Positions 12,101 to 25,234 of a stretch of DNA of 64,000 bases are shown here, piece after piece. The notes beneath the pieces were generated by a model. The model was given only the letters and a program-made list of their open reading frames with translations, was not told the DNA's origin and searched no databases. The first letter of the stretch is position 1. Every line of letters begins with the position of its first letter. The translations under genes were made by a program, and so were the position numbers. The DNA is from Macrostomum lignano (taxonomy: Eukaryota): the NCBI GenBank assembly GCA_002269645.1, contig NIVC01000463.1, forward strand, positions 124,001 to 188,000, given 5' to 3'.

Positions 12101-14400
12101 GGATGATAGGGATTCAGGGTGATAGGGATCAGAGATTCAGGGTGATAGGGATCAGAGATTCAGGGTGATAGGGATCAGAAATTTGGGATGATAGGGATCA
12201 GAGATTCAGGGTGATAGGGATCAGAGATTCGGGATGATAGGGATCCGAGATTCGGGATGATAGGGATCAGAAATTCATGGTGATAGGGATCAGAGATTAA
12301 GGGTGATAGGGATCCGAGATTCGGGATGATAGGGATCCGAGATTCGGGATGATAGGGATCAGAGATTCGGGATGATAGGGATCAGAGATTCAGGGTGATA
12401 GGGATCAGAGATTAAGGGTGATAGGGATCAGAGATTCAGGGTGATAGGGATCAGAGATTCAGGGTGATAGGGATCAGAGATTAAGGGTGATAGGGATCCG
12501 AGATTCGGGATGATAGGGATCAGAGATTCGGGATGATAGGGATCAGAAATTTGGGATGATAGGGATCAGAGATTCAGGGTGATAGGGATCAGAGATTCAG
12601 GGTGATAGGGATCAGAAATTCATGGTGATAGGGATCAGAGATTAAGGGTGATAGGGATCCGAGATTCAGGGTGATAGGGATCAGAGATTCAGGGTGATAG
12701 GGATCAGAGATTCGGGATGATAGGGATCCGAGATTCGGGATGATAGGGATCAGAAATTCATAGTGATAGGGATCAGAGATTAAGGGTGATAGGGATCCGA
12801 GATTCGGGATGATAGGGATCCGAGATTCGGGATGATAGGGATCAGAGATTCGGGATGATAGGGATCAGAGATTCAGGGTGATAGGGATCAGAGATTAAGG
12901 GTGATAGGGATCAGAGATTCAGGGTGATAGGGATCAGAGATTCAGGGTGATAGGGATCAGAGATTAAGGGTGATAGGGATCCGAGATTCGGGATGATAGG
13001 GATCAGAGATTCGGGATGATAGGGATCAGAAATTTGGGATGATAGGGATCAGAGATTCAGGGTGATAGGGATCAGAGATTCAGGGTGATAGGGATCAGAA
13101 ATTCATGGTGATAGGGATCAGAGATTAAGGGTGATAGGGATCCGAGATTCAGGGTGATAGGGATCAGAGATTCAGGGTGATAGGGATCAGAGATTCGGGA
13201 TGATAGGGATCCGAGATTCAGGGTGATAGGGATCAGAGATTCAGGGTGATAGGGATCAGAAATTCATGGTGATAGGGATCAGAGATTCAGAGTGATAGGG
13301 ATCAGAGATTCAGGGTGATAGGGATCAGAGATTAAGGGTGATAGGGATCAGACTCAGGGTGATAGGGATCAGAGATTAAGGGTGATAGGGATCCGAGATT
13401 CGGGATGATAGGGATCAGAGATTCAGGGTGATAGGGATCAGAGATTCAGGGTGATAGGGATCAGAGATTCAGGGTGATAGGGATCAGAGATTAAGGGTGA
13501 TAGGGATCAGACTCAGGGTGATAGGGATCAGAGATTAAGGGTGATAGGGATCCGAGATTCGGGATGATAGGGATCAGAGATTCATGGTGATAGGGATCAG
13601 AGATTCAGGGTGATAGGGATCAGAGATTCAGGGTGACAGGGATCAGAGATTCGGGATGATATGGATCAGAGATTCAGGGTGATAGGGATCAGAGATACAG
13701 GGTGATAGGGATCAGAGATTCAGGGTGATAGGGATCAGAGATTTAGGGTGATAGGGATCAGAGATTCGGGATGATATGGATAAGAGATTCAGGATGATAG
13801 GGATCAGAGATTCGGGATGATATGGATCAGAGATTCATGATGATATGGGTCAGAGATTCGGGATGATAGGGATCAGAGATTCAGGGTGATAGGGATCAGA
13901 GATTCAGGGTGATAGGGATCAGAGATTCAGGGTAATAGGGATCAGAGATTCGGGATGATATGGATCAGAGATTCAGGGTGATAGGGATCAGAGATTCAGG
14001 GTGATAGGGATCAGAGATTCAGGGTAATAGGGATCAGAGATTCGGGATGATATGGATCAGAGATTCGGGATGATATGGATCAGAGATTCATGATGATATG
14101 GATCAGAGATTCAGGGTGATAGGGATCAGAGATTCAGGGTGATAGGGATCAGAGATTCGGGATGATATGGATCAGAGATTCATGATGATATGGATCAGAG
14201 ATTCAGGGTGATATGGATCAGAGATTCAGGGTGATAGGGATCAGAGATTCGGGATGATATGGATGAGGGATTCAGGATGATAGGGATCAGAGATTCGGGA
14301 TGATATGGATTAGAGATTCATGATGATATGGATCAGAGATTCGGGATGATATGGATCAGACTTAGGGTGATAGGGATCAGAGACTCGGGGTAATAAGGAT
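12101..14400. repeat. 23-bp minisatellite (GATAGGGATCAGAGATTCAGGGT), about 100 units
   Basis: Continuous tandem array with recurring variant units. Confidence 0.97.
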
Positions 14401-15295
14401 CATATAGTCAGTATAGAAGCTATCAGACCAGCTGTATAAGAAGCTAGTATCCTCAGTGAGGGTCTGCAACAGCAGCAAGGTGCGTGGAACAAGCGGCAAA
14501 GTTCTGCTTATTTTTGCCTTAGCCCGATGCCTTTGCCTTTACCAGCACAGGCCTGTCGTCACTTTTAGAGAACTGCCAAGGCCTAATGCGCAGTTACTCA
14601 CAAGCAACCTACTTGTGGAAAACCAGCTCGCATCAAGAACCTCCAAAACTATTCCAATTTACTGTTGACACCTGACAGAGGTTCTCAACCAACGCCTGAA
14701 AGATGGCGACACCTTTCGTTGAAGGCGAATTGCAGCTTCATATTGAGGACACGCCCGAACAGCCCTAGGCGTGACTAATAAACACTTATCGACGAGAAAG
14801 AAAGGAAATGTCAGCGCAAACTCTCCAGCGATTCGTCATCCATTTTTTAGCGTAGCACATAATATAGCCAATGCGGAATTTCGACTAAAAAGGAAATGAA
14901 TATTCTGTGTGGAGTATTTGCTGTAAAATACGGCCATATCTTGACCAGGTAGGCTTGCCAAGTGTCAAACTAAAGCAGAAGGAATTAAGGTGCCACAGGA
15001 AGTTGCACTGCTGAGAGCGGCATACGGGGCAATATTTAGAAATGAAATTAGCATAAAATTAGCATATTTTATTTACCGATACCAGCTTTGACGGCTATAT
15101 TGAGGGCTTCTCGTGAAACTTAGCTCAAATCTAAAGCAATTCAAAGTTTTCTTCGACACAATAAAATTTACATAGATTCCTTTCCATATGATCATATTTG
15201 ATATGGATTGTCGGGCTGTTATTAAAAATTCAGATAGAACAAAATATTGCATTAAGGTCAGTGTAAATAAAGACCCGAGAGAGTGGCCCTGGCCC

Positions 15296-16250
15296 TGGCC
15301 CAGCAACTGAGGATCTGGGAGGCTGACTCAGACTGAGGATCTGGGAGGCTGGCCCAGCAACTGGGGATCTGGGAGGCTGACTCAGACTGAGGATCTGGGA
15401 GGCTGACTCAGATTGAGGATCTGGGAGGCTGGCCGAGCAACTGAGGATCTGGGAGGCTGACTCAGACTGATGATCTGGGAGGCTGGCCCAGCAACTGGGG
15501 ATCTGGGAGGCTGACTCAGACTGAGGATCTGGGAGGCTGACTCAGATTGAGGATCTGGGAGGCTGGCCGAGCAACTGAGGATCTGGGAGGCTGACTCAGA
15601 CTGATGATCTGGGAGGCTGGCCCAGCAACTGAGGATCTGGGAGGCTGGCCCAGCAACTGAGGATCTGGGAGGCTGGCCCAGCAACTGAGGATCTTGGAGG
15701 CTGGCCCAGAAACTGAGAATCTGGGAGGCTGGCTCAGCAACTGAAGATCTGGGAGGCTGGCCCAGCAACTGAGGATCTGGGAGGCTGACTCAGACTGATG
15801 ATCTGGGAGGCTGGCTCAGCAACTGAAGATCTGGGAGGCTGGCCCAGCAACTGAGGATCTGGGAGGCTGACTCAGACTGATGATCTGGGAGGCTGGCCCA
15901 GCAACTGATGATCTGGGAGGCTGGCCCAGCAACTGAGGATCTGGGAGGCTGGCCCAGCAACTGAGGATCTGGGAGGCTGGCCCAGCAACTGAGGATCTGG
16001 GAGGCTGGCACAGCAACTGAGGATCTGGGAGGCTGGCCCAGCAACTGAGGATCTTGGAGGCTGGCCCAGCAACTGAGGATCTGGGAGGCTGGCCCAGCAA
16101 CAGAGGATCTGGGAGGCTGGCACAGCAACAGAGGATCTGGGAGGCTGGTCCAGCAACTGAGGATCTGGGCTGGGAGGCTGGTGGCTCAGCAACTGAGGAT
16201 CTGGGAGACTGGCCCAGCAACTTATCTGGGAGGCTGACTCAGTAGCTGAG
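15296..16250. repeat. 28-bp minisatellite family A, array 3, with 26-bp variant GGCTGACTCAGACTGAGGATCTGGGA
   Basis: About 34 units, same family and orientation as arrays 1 and 2. Confidence 0.93.
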
Positions 16251-17179
16251 GCTTTGAAAGGCTGACTCAGTAACTGCATGAGGATCTGGAAATATGATAG
16301 TTCATGCAAATAAAAAGGCTTAAACTAACGACCGATAAAAGTATACAGCGTAAACTCACTTGAAATCTCAAATCGTGCTACTTAATTGTAGTAGTATGTA
16401 CGCAATAAAATATCCAAATAACCCAAGTCTAGTATGTCCGTGGAGAAACGGTTTAACATTCCACAAATTCGTAGAACGCATTCTTGGAAACTGAAATCAC
16501 GGGACTGAACACGCGTCCGCCGTTGCTGACAATAAAAGGACTTGTTGCATCAAACTTATTTGAAAAAAGCGTTTAGAAGCCATCAGGAAGATATGAAATT
16601 TTTTTATTAACTACGAGTATAAAGTCAATATGCAGATAGCTGCGGTATATGAAGTTAAGTTTACAAGTTTGTCAAATTTAAATATTGGGCTTTTTTTCAA
16701 AATGTTGACTCGCCAAGTCCCATATCGAGCATTTATTTTAGCAATTGACATCCAAAACAAACGTCAGGACGAATAAAATATGAAAAGCAGCATCCAGAAG
16801 AGAAAGTTAAACAAGCTAAATAAAATATTAAATAATTCATTATATTCTACAGCTTGGCATAGAAAAATAAATGAAGTTATTATTATTATTAATAAATATT
16901 GATTTGCCAGTCTAAAAAAAGTTACATATAGCTGCCATAACTTTCGGCCTGGCGTCATATTTATTGTCTAGGCAAAACTAAACCCGCAATAAAAATATTA
17001 CTACATCATTAGCGATTAACTAAAAAATGCAAAAAAGCAAGCAACACCGATTAGTGCTACTACTGCTGACAAAGTTTGCGTTTTAATTTAGCAACAAAAA
17101 TGCCAACTACGATGGATGTTGCACAAATTTACTGTAAACCATCAGAATGTCCAAAAATGAGCTGTAATTTGAGCCAAAT

Positions 17180-17917
17180 TATCCTTAGTGTTTTATCCTA
17201 TCTTTGTGCTTTTATTAATGTAAGGCCTTTGAATGCCGCTCCAAAATTTCGGAGTTATGAGCTCTGCCCTCCCTGCCCGGTCCATCTTGCTCTCCTTGGT
17301 CCATCTGCTGGCTCCTCTGGTTGTCTCCCTGCCCTTGCGTCTTGGCTCTCATCCTGACAGTGGATTGGAGTCCTGGGGTTGATGATCGTCCCGAAACGGG
17401 GATACCGGCTGAGTCCGGGTCCTCTTGCTCCATGTGCCTTCCCGACCCCTTGGCCTGGCCTCCAATATAGAGCTGGATAGGTGATACCCTTGGGCTTGCA
17501 GCCCTACAGGTTTTCTATTGGCCTGATAGGAGACTTGCCCTCGGAAACAAGCCTTCCAGACTCACTCCAAAATTAAGCCATTTCCGTAGACTTCGGGGTC
17601 TCCCTGCTCTCGGACCGCTTTTCAGTAGTAACCCAAACATTTTCCAATTCTTTTTTCGCGCACTCCCGGGATTTGTCCGCTGGGTGGTGGCTTGGGCGGA
17701 CTCGGTCCTAGCACGTCCCTGATTCCACTTTTGGGTTGGCGGTGTCTTAGTCCATAAGGCTTGGGTTGGCAGCTCCCCCTGGCCCAGACGTCAGGGTCCA
17801 ATCTTGGGGTATCTCGGGCTATATGCCCCTGGAAGTGCCCCTCAGCGGCAGAGCCCCTCCCAGGGCTGATCCGCGCGCGGGTAGCTCCCGGCTTCCACCC
17901 CATTTAACAACAACAAC
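17180..17917 (+). mobile_element. Non-autonomous retroposon (SINE-like or non-LTR derivative) with (AAC)4 tail and 14-bp TSD
   Basis: Direct repeat AATTTGAGCCAAAT at 17166-17179 and 17918-17931; GC-rich body in AT-rich flanks; tail TTT(AAC)4 at 17903-17917; no RT ORF seen. Confidence 0.75.
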
Positions 17918-18486
17918 AATTTGAGCCAAATCTTGAACGCCACAGCTGTGAATATGACGCAAATGCATCGTCCAATATAAAAACATCCTTTGGAGTGTGT
18001 GATATCAAAGGTGGTTTCGATTTGCCATAAGTTTTGCTCAGAGCAGCTATTCAAGCAGTTGTGGCTAAAATTAACAGCCCATTTTGGACATTCTGTCCTT
18101 TGCAGTAAACAGAGTCCCGAAAACAGTAACAACACCACTCGCAATAGATTTTATGCAGAATTTAAGAAATAATAAAAATAACAATAATAATGCTGGCTTA
18201 CCATCGATTTACAACATGAAGCATTCACAAAATAACAAAGCAAATAATGTTACGCCTGCATGTTTAACAGTTACGTACATGTATGTTAAGCTACATAAAT
18301 GTGACAGAAATTACGCAGACGAAGCACCACAGAAAAAACACACAGGCTCAAGTACATAGCAATGTATTTTTTTTCTTTTCAAAAAACTAAAGCTATTGAA
18401 AGTGAGTCAGAGGGTTGACTTAAGCTTCGCGAATTATGGTCTTTAATAAGGTCATTGGATACAATTTTGTAGAAAGATGTGCTTGA

Positions 18487-19085
18487 GGGGGTAGTTCTCA
18501 TGTAGGGATAATGTATTTGGGGGTATTTCTCATGTAGGAATAATGTACTTGGGGGGTTCTCATGTAGGGGTAATGTATTTGGGGGTATTTCTCATGTAGG
18601 AATAATGTACTTGGGGGTTCTCATGTAGGGGTAATGTATTTGGGGGTAGTACTCATGGAGGAATAATATACTTGGGGGTAGTTCTCATATAGGGATAATG
18701 TACTTTGGGGTAGTTCTCATATAGGGATAATGTACTCTGGGGTAGTTCTCATATAGGGATAATATACTTTGGGGTAGTTCTCATATAGGGATAATGTACT
18801 CTGGGGTAATTCTCATACAGGGATAATGTACCTTGGGGTAGTTATCATACAGGGATAATGTACTCTGGAGTAGTTCTCATGTAGGGATAATGTACCTTGG
18901 GGTAGTTATCATACAGGGATAATGTACTCTGGGGTAGTTCTCATATAAGGATAATGTACTTTGGGGTAGTTATCATACAGGGATAATGTACTCTGGGGTA
19001 GTTCTCATATAGGGATGTGTACTTGGGGAGGGGGCAGTTGTCATGTAGGAATTATGTACTTAGGGGATAATTATCATGTAGAAAT
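18487..19085. repeat. 32-bp minisatellite (GGGGTAGTTCTCATATAGGGATAATGTACTCT)
   Basis: About 18 diverged tandem units downstream of the USP stop codon. Confidence 0.92.
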
Positions 19086-19288
19086 AATGAACTTGGTAGC
19101 GATTCACAAGCAATGACGGTCTTCAGGTACGTATTCTCAGACAAGAATACTGCACTTAGGGCAAGGTATTTTTAAGGAACTTAGATAGTTATTAGTGAAT
19201 GGGTTTTTAGATATGCTAATTAGTTTTAACAGACCATTCTGCTCAGAATGCATAGACGCAGACTTTCGACAAGCTTACTCAAACCACA

Positions 19289-19585
19289 CTACTCAAGCTC
19301 GTAAATAATCAAGTAGGCAGTTGAGGCTACAGTTGGGCTAGCTAATATTCGTTCAATATTGTCGCAATCGGTCACGCTTTGATCGTCGCAGTGATACCAG
19401 CGGTCGCTGCAGCGGCACAGAGCCGTGTAGTGCCCGCTTGTTGCGCTGCCGCTGCCGTGGTGAAGCAGCACACCGATCAGTCTGTACAGATGGCCTGTGG
19501 AACTGCCAGCACCTGCGTCATCGTCCGCTGCGGAATGCTCGCTTAGCAGTAGCATTGAGCAGTCGAGACGGATGGGAATTCTCAC
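19289..19585 (-). CDS. USP-family ubiquitin carboxyl-terminal hydrolase, exon 4 of 4 (His box)
   Basis: CCATCAG acceptor; VRIPIRLD...YRLIGVLLHHGSGSATSGHYTA...WYHCDDQSV gives the His box and catalytic Asp; TAG stop at 19289. Confidence 0.88.
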   Translation of the reverse strand: MRIPIRLDCSMLLLSEHSAADDDAGAGSSTGHLYRLIGVLLHHGSGSATSGHYTALCRCSDRWYHCDDQSVTDCDNIERILASPTVASTAYLIIYELE

Positions 19586-19699
19586 CTGATGGCAGAGGTC
19601 GAATATAAAATTAGTTTATATGCAGCTGATAGGACCATAGGTATGCCACATAGGAATGTGCTGGATTGTATATCATCAGTTACATCAAATCCTTTAGAA

Positions 19700-20678
19700 G
19701 GTTGCCACCTCACAGATCCTTCAGTAGGTTGCCACCCTCCCCACAGATCCTTCAGTAGGTTGCCACCTCACAGATCCTTCAGTAGGTGGCCACCCCCTCC
19801 CCACAGATCCTTCAGTAGGTTGCCACCCCTTCCCACAGATCCTTCAGTAGGTTGCCACCCCCTCCTTACAGATCCTTCAGTAGGTTGCCACCCCCTCCTC
19901 ACAGATCCTTCAGTAGGTTGCCACCCCCTCCCCACAGATCCTTCAGTAGGTTGCCACCCCCTCCCCACAGATCCTTCAGTAGGTTGCCACCCCCTCCCTA
20001 CAGATCCTTCAGTAGGTTGCCACCTCACAGATCCTTCAGTAGGTTGCCACCCCCTCCCCACAGATCCTTCAGTAGGTTGCCACCCCTCCCTACAGATCCT
20101 TCAGTAGGTTGCCACCCCCTCCCCACAGATCCTTCAGTAGGCTGCCACCCCTTCCCACAGATCCTTCAGTAGGTTGCCACCCCCTCCCCACAGATCCTTC
20201 AGTAGGTTGCCACCTCACAGATCCTTCAGTAGGTTGCCACCCCCTCCCCACAGATCCTTCAGTAGGTTGCCACCCCCTCCCCACAGATCCTTCAGTAGGT
20301 TGCCACCCCCTTCCCACAGATCCTTCAGTAGGTTGCCACCCCCTCCTTACAGATCCTTCAGTAGGTTGCCACCCCCTCCTCACAGATCCTTCAGTAGGTT
20401 GCCACCCCCTCCCCACAGATCCTTCAGTAGGTTGCCACCCCCTCCCCACAGATCCTTCAGTAGGTTGCCACCCCCTTCCCACAGATCCTTCAGTAGGTTG
20501 CCACCCCCTCCTTACAGATCCTTCAGTAGGTTGCCACCCCCTCCTCACAGATCCTTCAGTAGGTTGCCACCCCCTCCCCACAGATCCTTCAGTAGGTTGC
20601 CACCCCCTCCCCACAGATCCTTCAGTAGGTTGCCACCAACTCCTCACAGATCCTTCAGTAGATTGCCACCACAGATCC
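19700..20678. repeat. 33-bp minisatellite (CAGATCCTTCAGTAGGTTGCCACCCCCTCCCCA, 27-bp variants) in USP intron 3
   Basis: About 30 units filling nearly all of intron 19586-20692. Confidence 0.95.
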
Positions 20679-20692
20679 CTCAAGGCACAGAC

Positions 20693-21049
20693 CTGGCGCT
20701 CATTCTTAGCCAAGCTCAAATGCGAGTTGCCGCCGCCAGCAGGGACAGACCGCATCAGCTGCAGGGTGAGCAGCCGTGGCAGGCGGCCAAACAGCTGACA
20801 TTTCTGGTACAGCTGGCCGCGCTGTATTGGCGTGGCCGGGTGGAAGGGGCTGAGCAAACCGCCGGCAGCCACCGGCGTGGACGTCATCCGACGCTGTAGA
20901 TGGTGCTGCTGCGACGGGTGCACCTGGCGATAGCCGTGTCTACCGTCCAATGGCGAGTCATCTGACGCGGCGCAGAAATTGCATTTGAGACCGCCGAGGC
21001 TTTCTAATTGGCCAACGCAGCGGGACAGGCAGTCGGACAGGCTTACGGG
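20693..21049 (-). CDS. USP, exon 3 of 4
   Basis: TTTTGCAG acceptor, CAG/GTCTGT donor, phase 0-0, 357 nt; PVSLSDCL...KCNFC...LPRLLTLQLMR are typical USP finger/palm motifs. Confidence 0.85.
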
Positions 21050-21184
21050 CTGCAAAAGTGCGTATAATTACTCCAGGTGAGGTCCAGACCCAGAATTATT
21101 CAAGGCAGCGGTTAAGTTTAGTCGCGACACAAATATGAGATTTAAGGATAAAGGCTTCGCCATTCAGGATAAAGGGCTAAGTGT

Positions 21185-24100
21185 CAGGATAAAAAATTGG
21201 AGATTCAGGATACATGATTGGAGATTCAGGATAAAGGATTGGAGATTCAGGATACATGATTGGAGATTCAAGATAAATGATTGGAGATTCAGGATAAATG
21301 ATTAGAGATTCAAGATAAAGGATTGGAGATTCAGTATAAGTGATTGGAGATTCAGGATAAATGATTGGAGATTCAGGATACATGATTGGAGATTCAAGAT
21401 AAATTATTGGAGATTCAGGATAAAGGATTGGAGATATATGATACAAAATTGGAGATTCAGGATAAATGATTGGAGATTCAAGATAAATGATTGGAGATTC
21501 AAGATAAATGATTGGAGATTCAAGATAAATGATTGGAGATTCAAGATAAATGATTGGAGATTCAGGATACATGATTGGAGATTCAGGATAAATGATTGGA
21601 GATTCAGGATAAATGATTGGAGATTCAGGATAAATTATTGAAGATTCAGCATAAATGATTGGAGATTCAGCATAAATGATTGGAGATTCAGGATAAAGGA
21701 TAAAGGATTGGAGATATATAATACAGGATTGGAAAGTTTAGGATAAATGATTGGAGATTTAGGATAAATGATTGGAGATTCAAGATAAATCATTGAAGAT
21801 TCAGGATAAATGATTAGAGATTCAAGATAAAGGATTGGAGATTCAGTATAAGTGATTGGAGATTCAGGATAAATGATTGGAGATTCAGGATAAATGATTG
21901 GAGATTCAAGATAAATGATTGGAGATTCAAGATAAATCATTGGAGATTCAGGATAAATGATTGGAGATTCAGGATAAATGATTGGAGATTCAAGATAAAT
22001 GATTGGAGATTCAGGATAAATGATTGGAGATTCAAGATAAATGATTGGAGATTCAGGATAATGATTGGAGATTCAGGATACATGATTGGAGATTCAGGAT
22101 AAATGATTGGAGATTCAGGATAAATGATTGGAGATTCAGGATAAATGATTGGAGATTCAGGATAAAGGATAAAGGATTGGAGATATATAATACAGGATTG
22201 GAAAGTTTAGGATAAATGATTGGAGATTCAGGATAAATGATTGGAGATTCAAGATAAATCATTGAAGATTCAGGATACATGATTGGAGATTCAGGATAAA
22301 TGATTGGAGATTCAAGATAAATCATTGAAGATTCAGGATACATGATTGGAGATTCAGGATAAATGATTGGAGATTCAAGATAAATGATTGGAGATTCAGG
22401 ATAAATGATTGGAGATTCAGGATAAATGATTGGAGATTCAGGATAAATGATTGGAGATTCAAGATAAATCATTGGAGATTCAGGATAAATGATTGGAGAT
22501 TCAGGATAAAGGATTGGAGATTCAAGATAAATGATTGGAGATTCAGGATAAATGATTGGAGATTCAAGATAAATGATTGGAGATTCAGGATAATGATTGG
22601 AGATTCAGGATACATGATTGGAGATTCAGGATAAATGATTGGAGATTCAGGATAAATGATTGGAGATTCAGGATAAATGATTGGAGATTCAAGATAAATC
22701 ATTGGAGATTCAGGATAAATGATTGGAGATTCAGGATACATGATTGGAGATTCAGGATAAATGATTGGAGATTCAGGATAAATGATTGGAGATTCAGGAT
22801 AAATTATTGAAGATTCAGCATAAATGATTGGAGATTCAGCATAAATGATTGGAGATTCAGGATAAAGGATAAAGGATTGGAGATATATAATACAGGATTG
22901 GAAAGTTTAGGATAAATGATTGGAGATTTAGGATAAATGATTGGAGATTCAAGATAAATCATTGAAGATTCAGGATAAATGATTAGAGATTCAAGATAAA
23001 GGATTGGAGATTCAGTATAAGTGATTGGAGATTCAGGATAAATGATTGGAGATTCAGGATAAATGATTGGAGATTCAAGATAAATGATTGGAGATTCAAG
23101 ATAAATCATTGGAGATTCAGGATAAATGATTGGAGATTCAGGATAAATGATTGGAGATTCAAGATAAATGATTGGAGATTCAGGATAAATGATTGGAGAT
23201 TCAAGATAAATGATTGGAGATTCAGGATAATGATTGGAGATTCAGGATACATGATTGGAGATTCAGGATAAATGATTGGAGATTCAGGATAAATGATTGG
23301 AGATTCAGGATAAATGATTGGAGATTCAGGATAAAGGATAAAGGATTGGAGATATATAATACAGGATTGGAAAGTTTAGGATAAATGATTGGAGATTCAG
23401 GATAAATGATTGGAGATTCAAGATAAATCATTGAAGATTCAGGATACATGATTGGAGATTCAGGATAAATGATTGGAGATTCAAGATAAATCATTGAAGA
23501 TTCAGGATACATGATTGGAGATTCAGGATAATGATTGGAGATTCAGGATACATGATTGGAGATTCAGGATAAATGATTGGAGATTCAGGATAAATGATTG
23601 GAGATTCAGGATAAATGATTGGAGATTCAGGATAAATGATTGGAGATTCAAGATAAATGATTGGAGATTCAGGATAAAGGATTGGAGATTCAAGATAAAT
23701 GATTGGAGATTCAGGATAAATGATTGGAGATTCAAGATAAATGATTGGAGATTCAGGATAATGATTGGAGATTCAGGATACATGATTGGAGATTCAGGAT
23801 AAATGATTGGAGATTCAGGATAAATGATTGGAGATTCAGGATAAATGATTGGAGATTCAGGATAAAGGATAAAGGATTGGAGATATATAATACAGGATTG
23901 GAAAGTTTAGGATAAATGATTGGAGATTCAGGATAAATGATTGGAGATTCAAGATAAATCATTGAAGATTCAGGATGCATGATTGGAGATTCAGGATAAA
24001 TGATTGGAGATTCAAGATAAATCATTGAAGATTCAGGATACATGATTGGAGATTCAGGATAAATGATTGGAGATTCAAGATAAATGATTGGAGATTCAGG

Positions 24101-24520
24101 ATAAATGATTGGAGATTCAGGATAAATGATTGGAGATTCAGGATAAATGATTGGAGATTCAGGATAAATGATTGGAGATTCAAGATAAATGATTGGAGAT
24201 TCAAGATAAATGACTGGAGATTCAAGATAAAGGATTGGAGATTCAGGATAAATGATTGGAGATTCAGGATAAATGATTGGAGATTCAGGATAAATGATTG
24301 GAGATTCAGGATAAATGATTGGAGATTCAAGATAAATGATTGGAGATTCAAGATAAATGATTGGAGATTCAAGATAAATGATTGGAGATTCAGGATAAAT
24401 GATTGGAGATTCAGGATAAATGATTGGAGATTCAAGATAAATGATTAGAGATTCAGGATAATGATAGGAGATTCAAGATAAATGATTGGAGATTCAGGAT
24501 ACAGGATAGGAGATTCAGGA
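21185..24520. repeat. 21-bp minisatellite (GGAGATTCAGGATAAATGATT), about 155 units with higher-order duplications, in USP intron 2
   Basis: Continuous array; landmark variant AGATATATAA at 21712, 22181, 22881, 23350, 23881. Confidence 0.97.
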
Positions 24521-24556
24521 CAAATGATCTGAGATTAGTGCCGAGCCGGTACTCAC

Positions 24557-25178
24557 CTCAACATCTATTCCCCCGACTTGCGTGGCCATCGGCAGCGGCA
24601 CCAGCAGAGCGCGCAATTCGTTGCAAGCGGCTCTCAATCGATGGCAAGATTCGCACAGCGTCAAATCAATCATTTGACCTTCAATCAGAGCCGCCAACGG
24701 ACTCCGACATTCGCCTAAGCGCCTGTGCAACCAGTGCAGATTAGCCAGTCTGAGCAGGGAAGCTGAGCAGGCTCGATTCTCTAATCCGGCCTGAATGGAA
24801 GCCGGCTGATGCGCGTAGGTAACCTCCAGCTTAGCGGAGTCCAACAATCTCAACCGGGAATCGGCGGAGCGCATCAGATCCAGATCAGGATAGGCTCGAC
24901 TTAGCCGCTCTAACGACGGCGTCCACAGGGCGGCGTCTGACAGTCCATAACCGCTGCCGCTACTGCCGCTCCTGCTGGCTTCGAACAGAACGTCTAATAA
25001 TAGATCAAAGAACTCCGCCGCGTCCTGCTGCTGTTGTGGTAGGCCCAGCGGCTGAATCAGGGGGCAAATCTGGGCTAGAGAACGGCGAAGCTGTTGAGTA
25101 TCTAGCAGGTCCAGGCGGTTGTTTTCCGTGCCGCCGCCACCGCCGCCGATGCGACTTTGCTGCTGGAGTCGATGCCGC
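24557..25178 (-). CDS. USP, exon 2 of 4 (Gln box QQQDAAEF, first finger CxxC)
   Basis: GCCCAG acceptor (phase 2), GAG/GTGAGT donor (phase 0); QQQDAAEFFDLLLDVL and IEGQMIDLTLCESC. Confidence 0.88.
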
Positions 25179-25234
25179 CTGGGCAAGCGGTGAAAAATAT
25201 AGCGGAGAGATAATTGGCTACTCTTGTAAGCTCC

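Noticed and set aside
14672-14784. Possible minus-strand exon CLLVTPRAVRACPQYEAAIRLQRK
   Set aside because: On rechecking, the frame and donor did not give a consistent exon.
20090-20692. 321-aa ORF continuing into WQPTEGSVGRG repeats
   Set aside because: Only 21049-20693 is exon; the rest is read-through into the intron 3 minisatellite.
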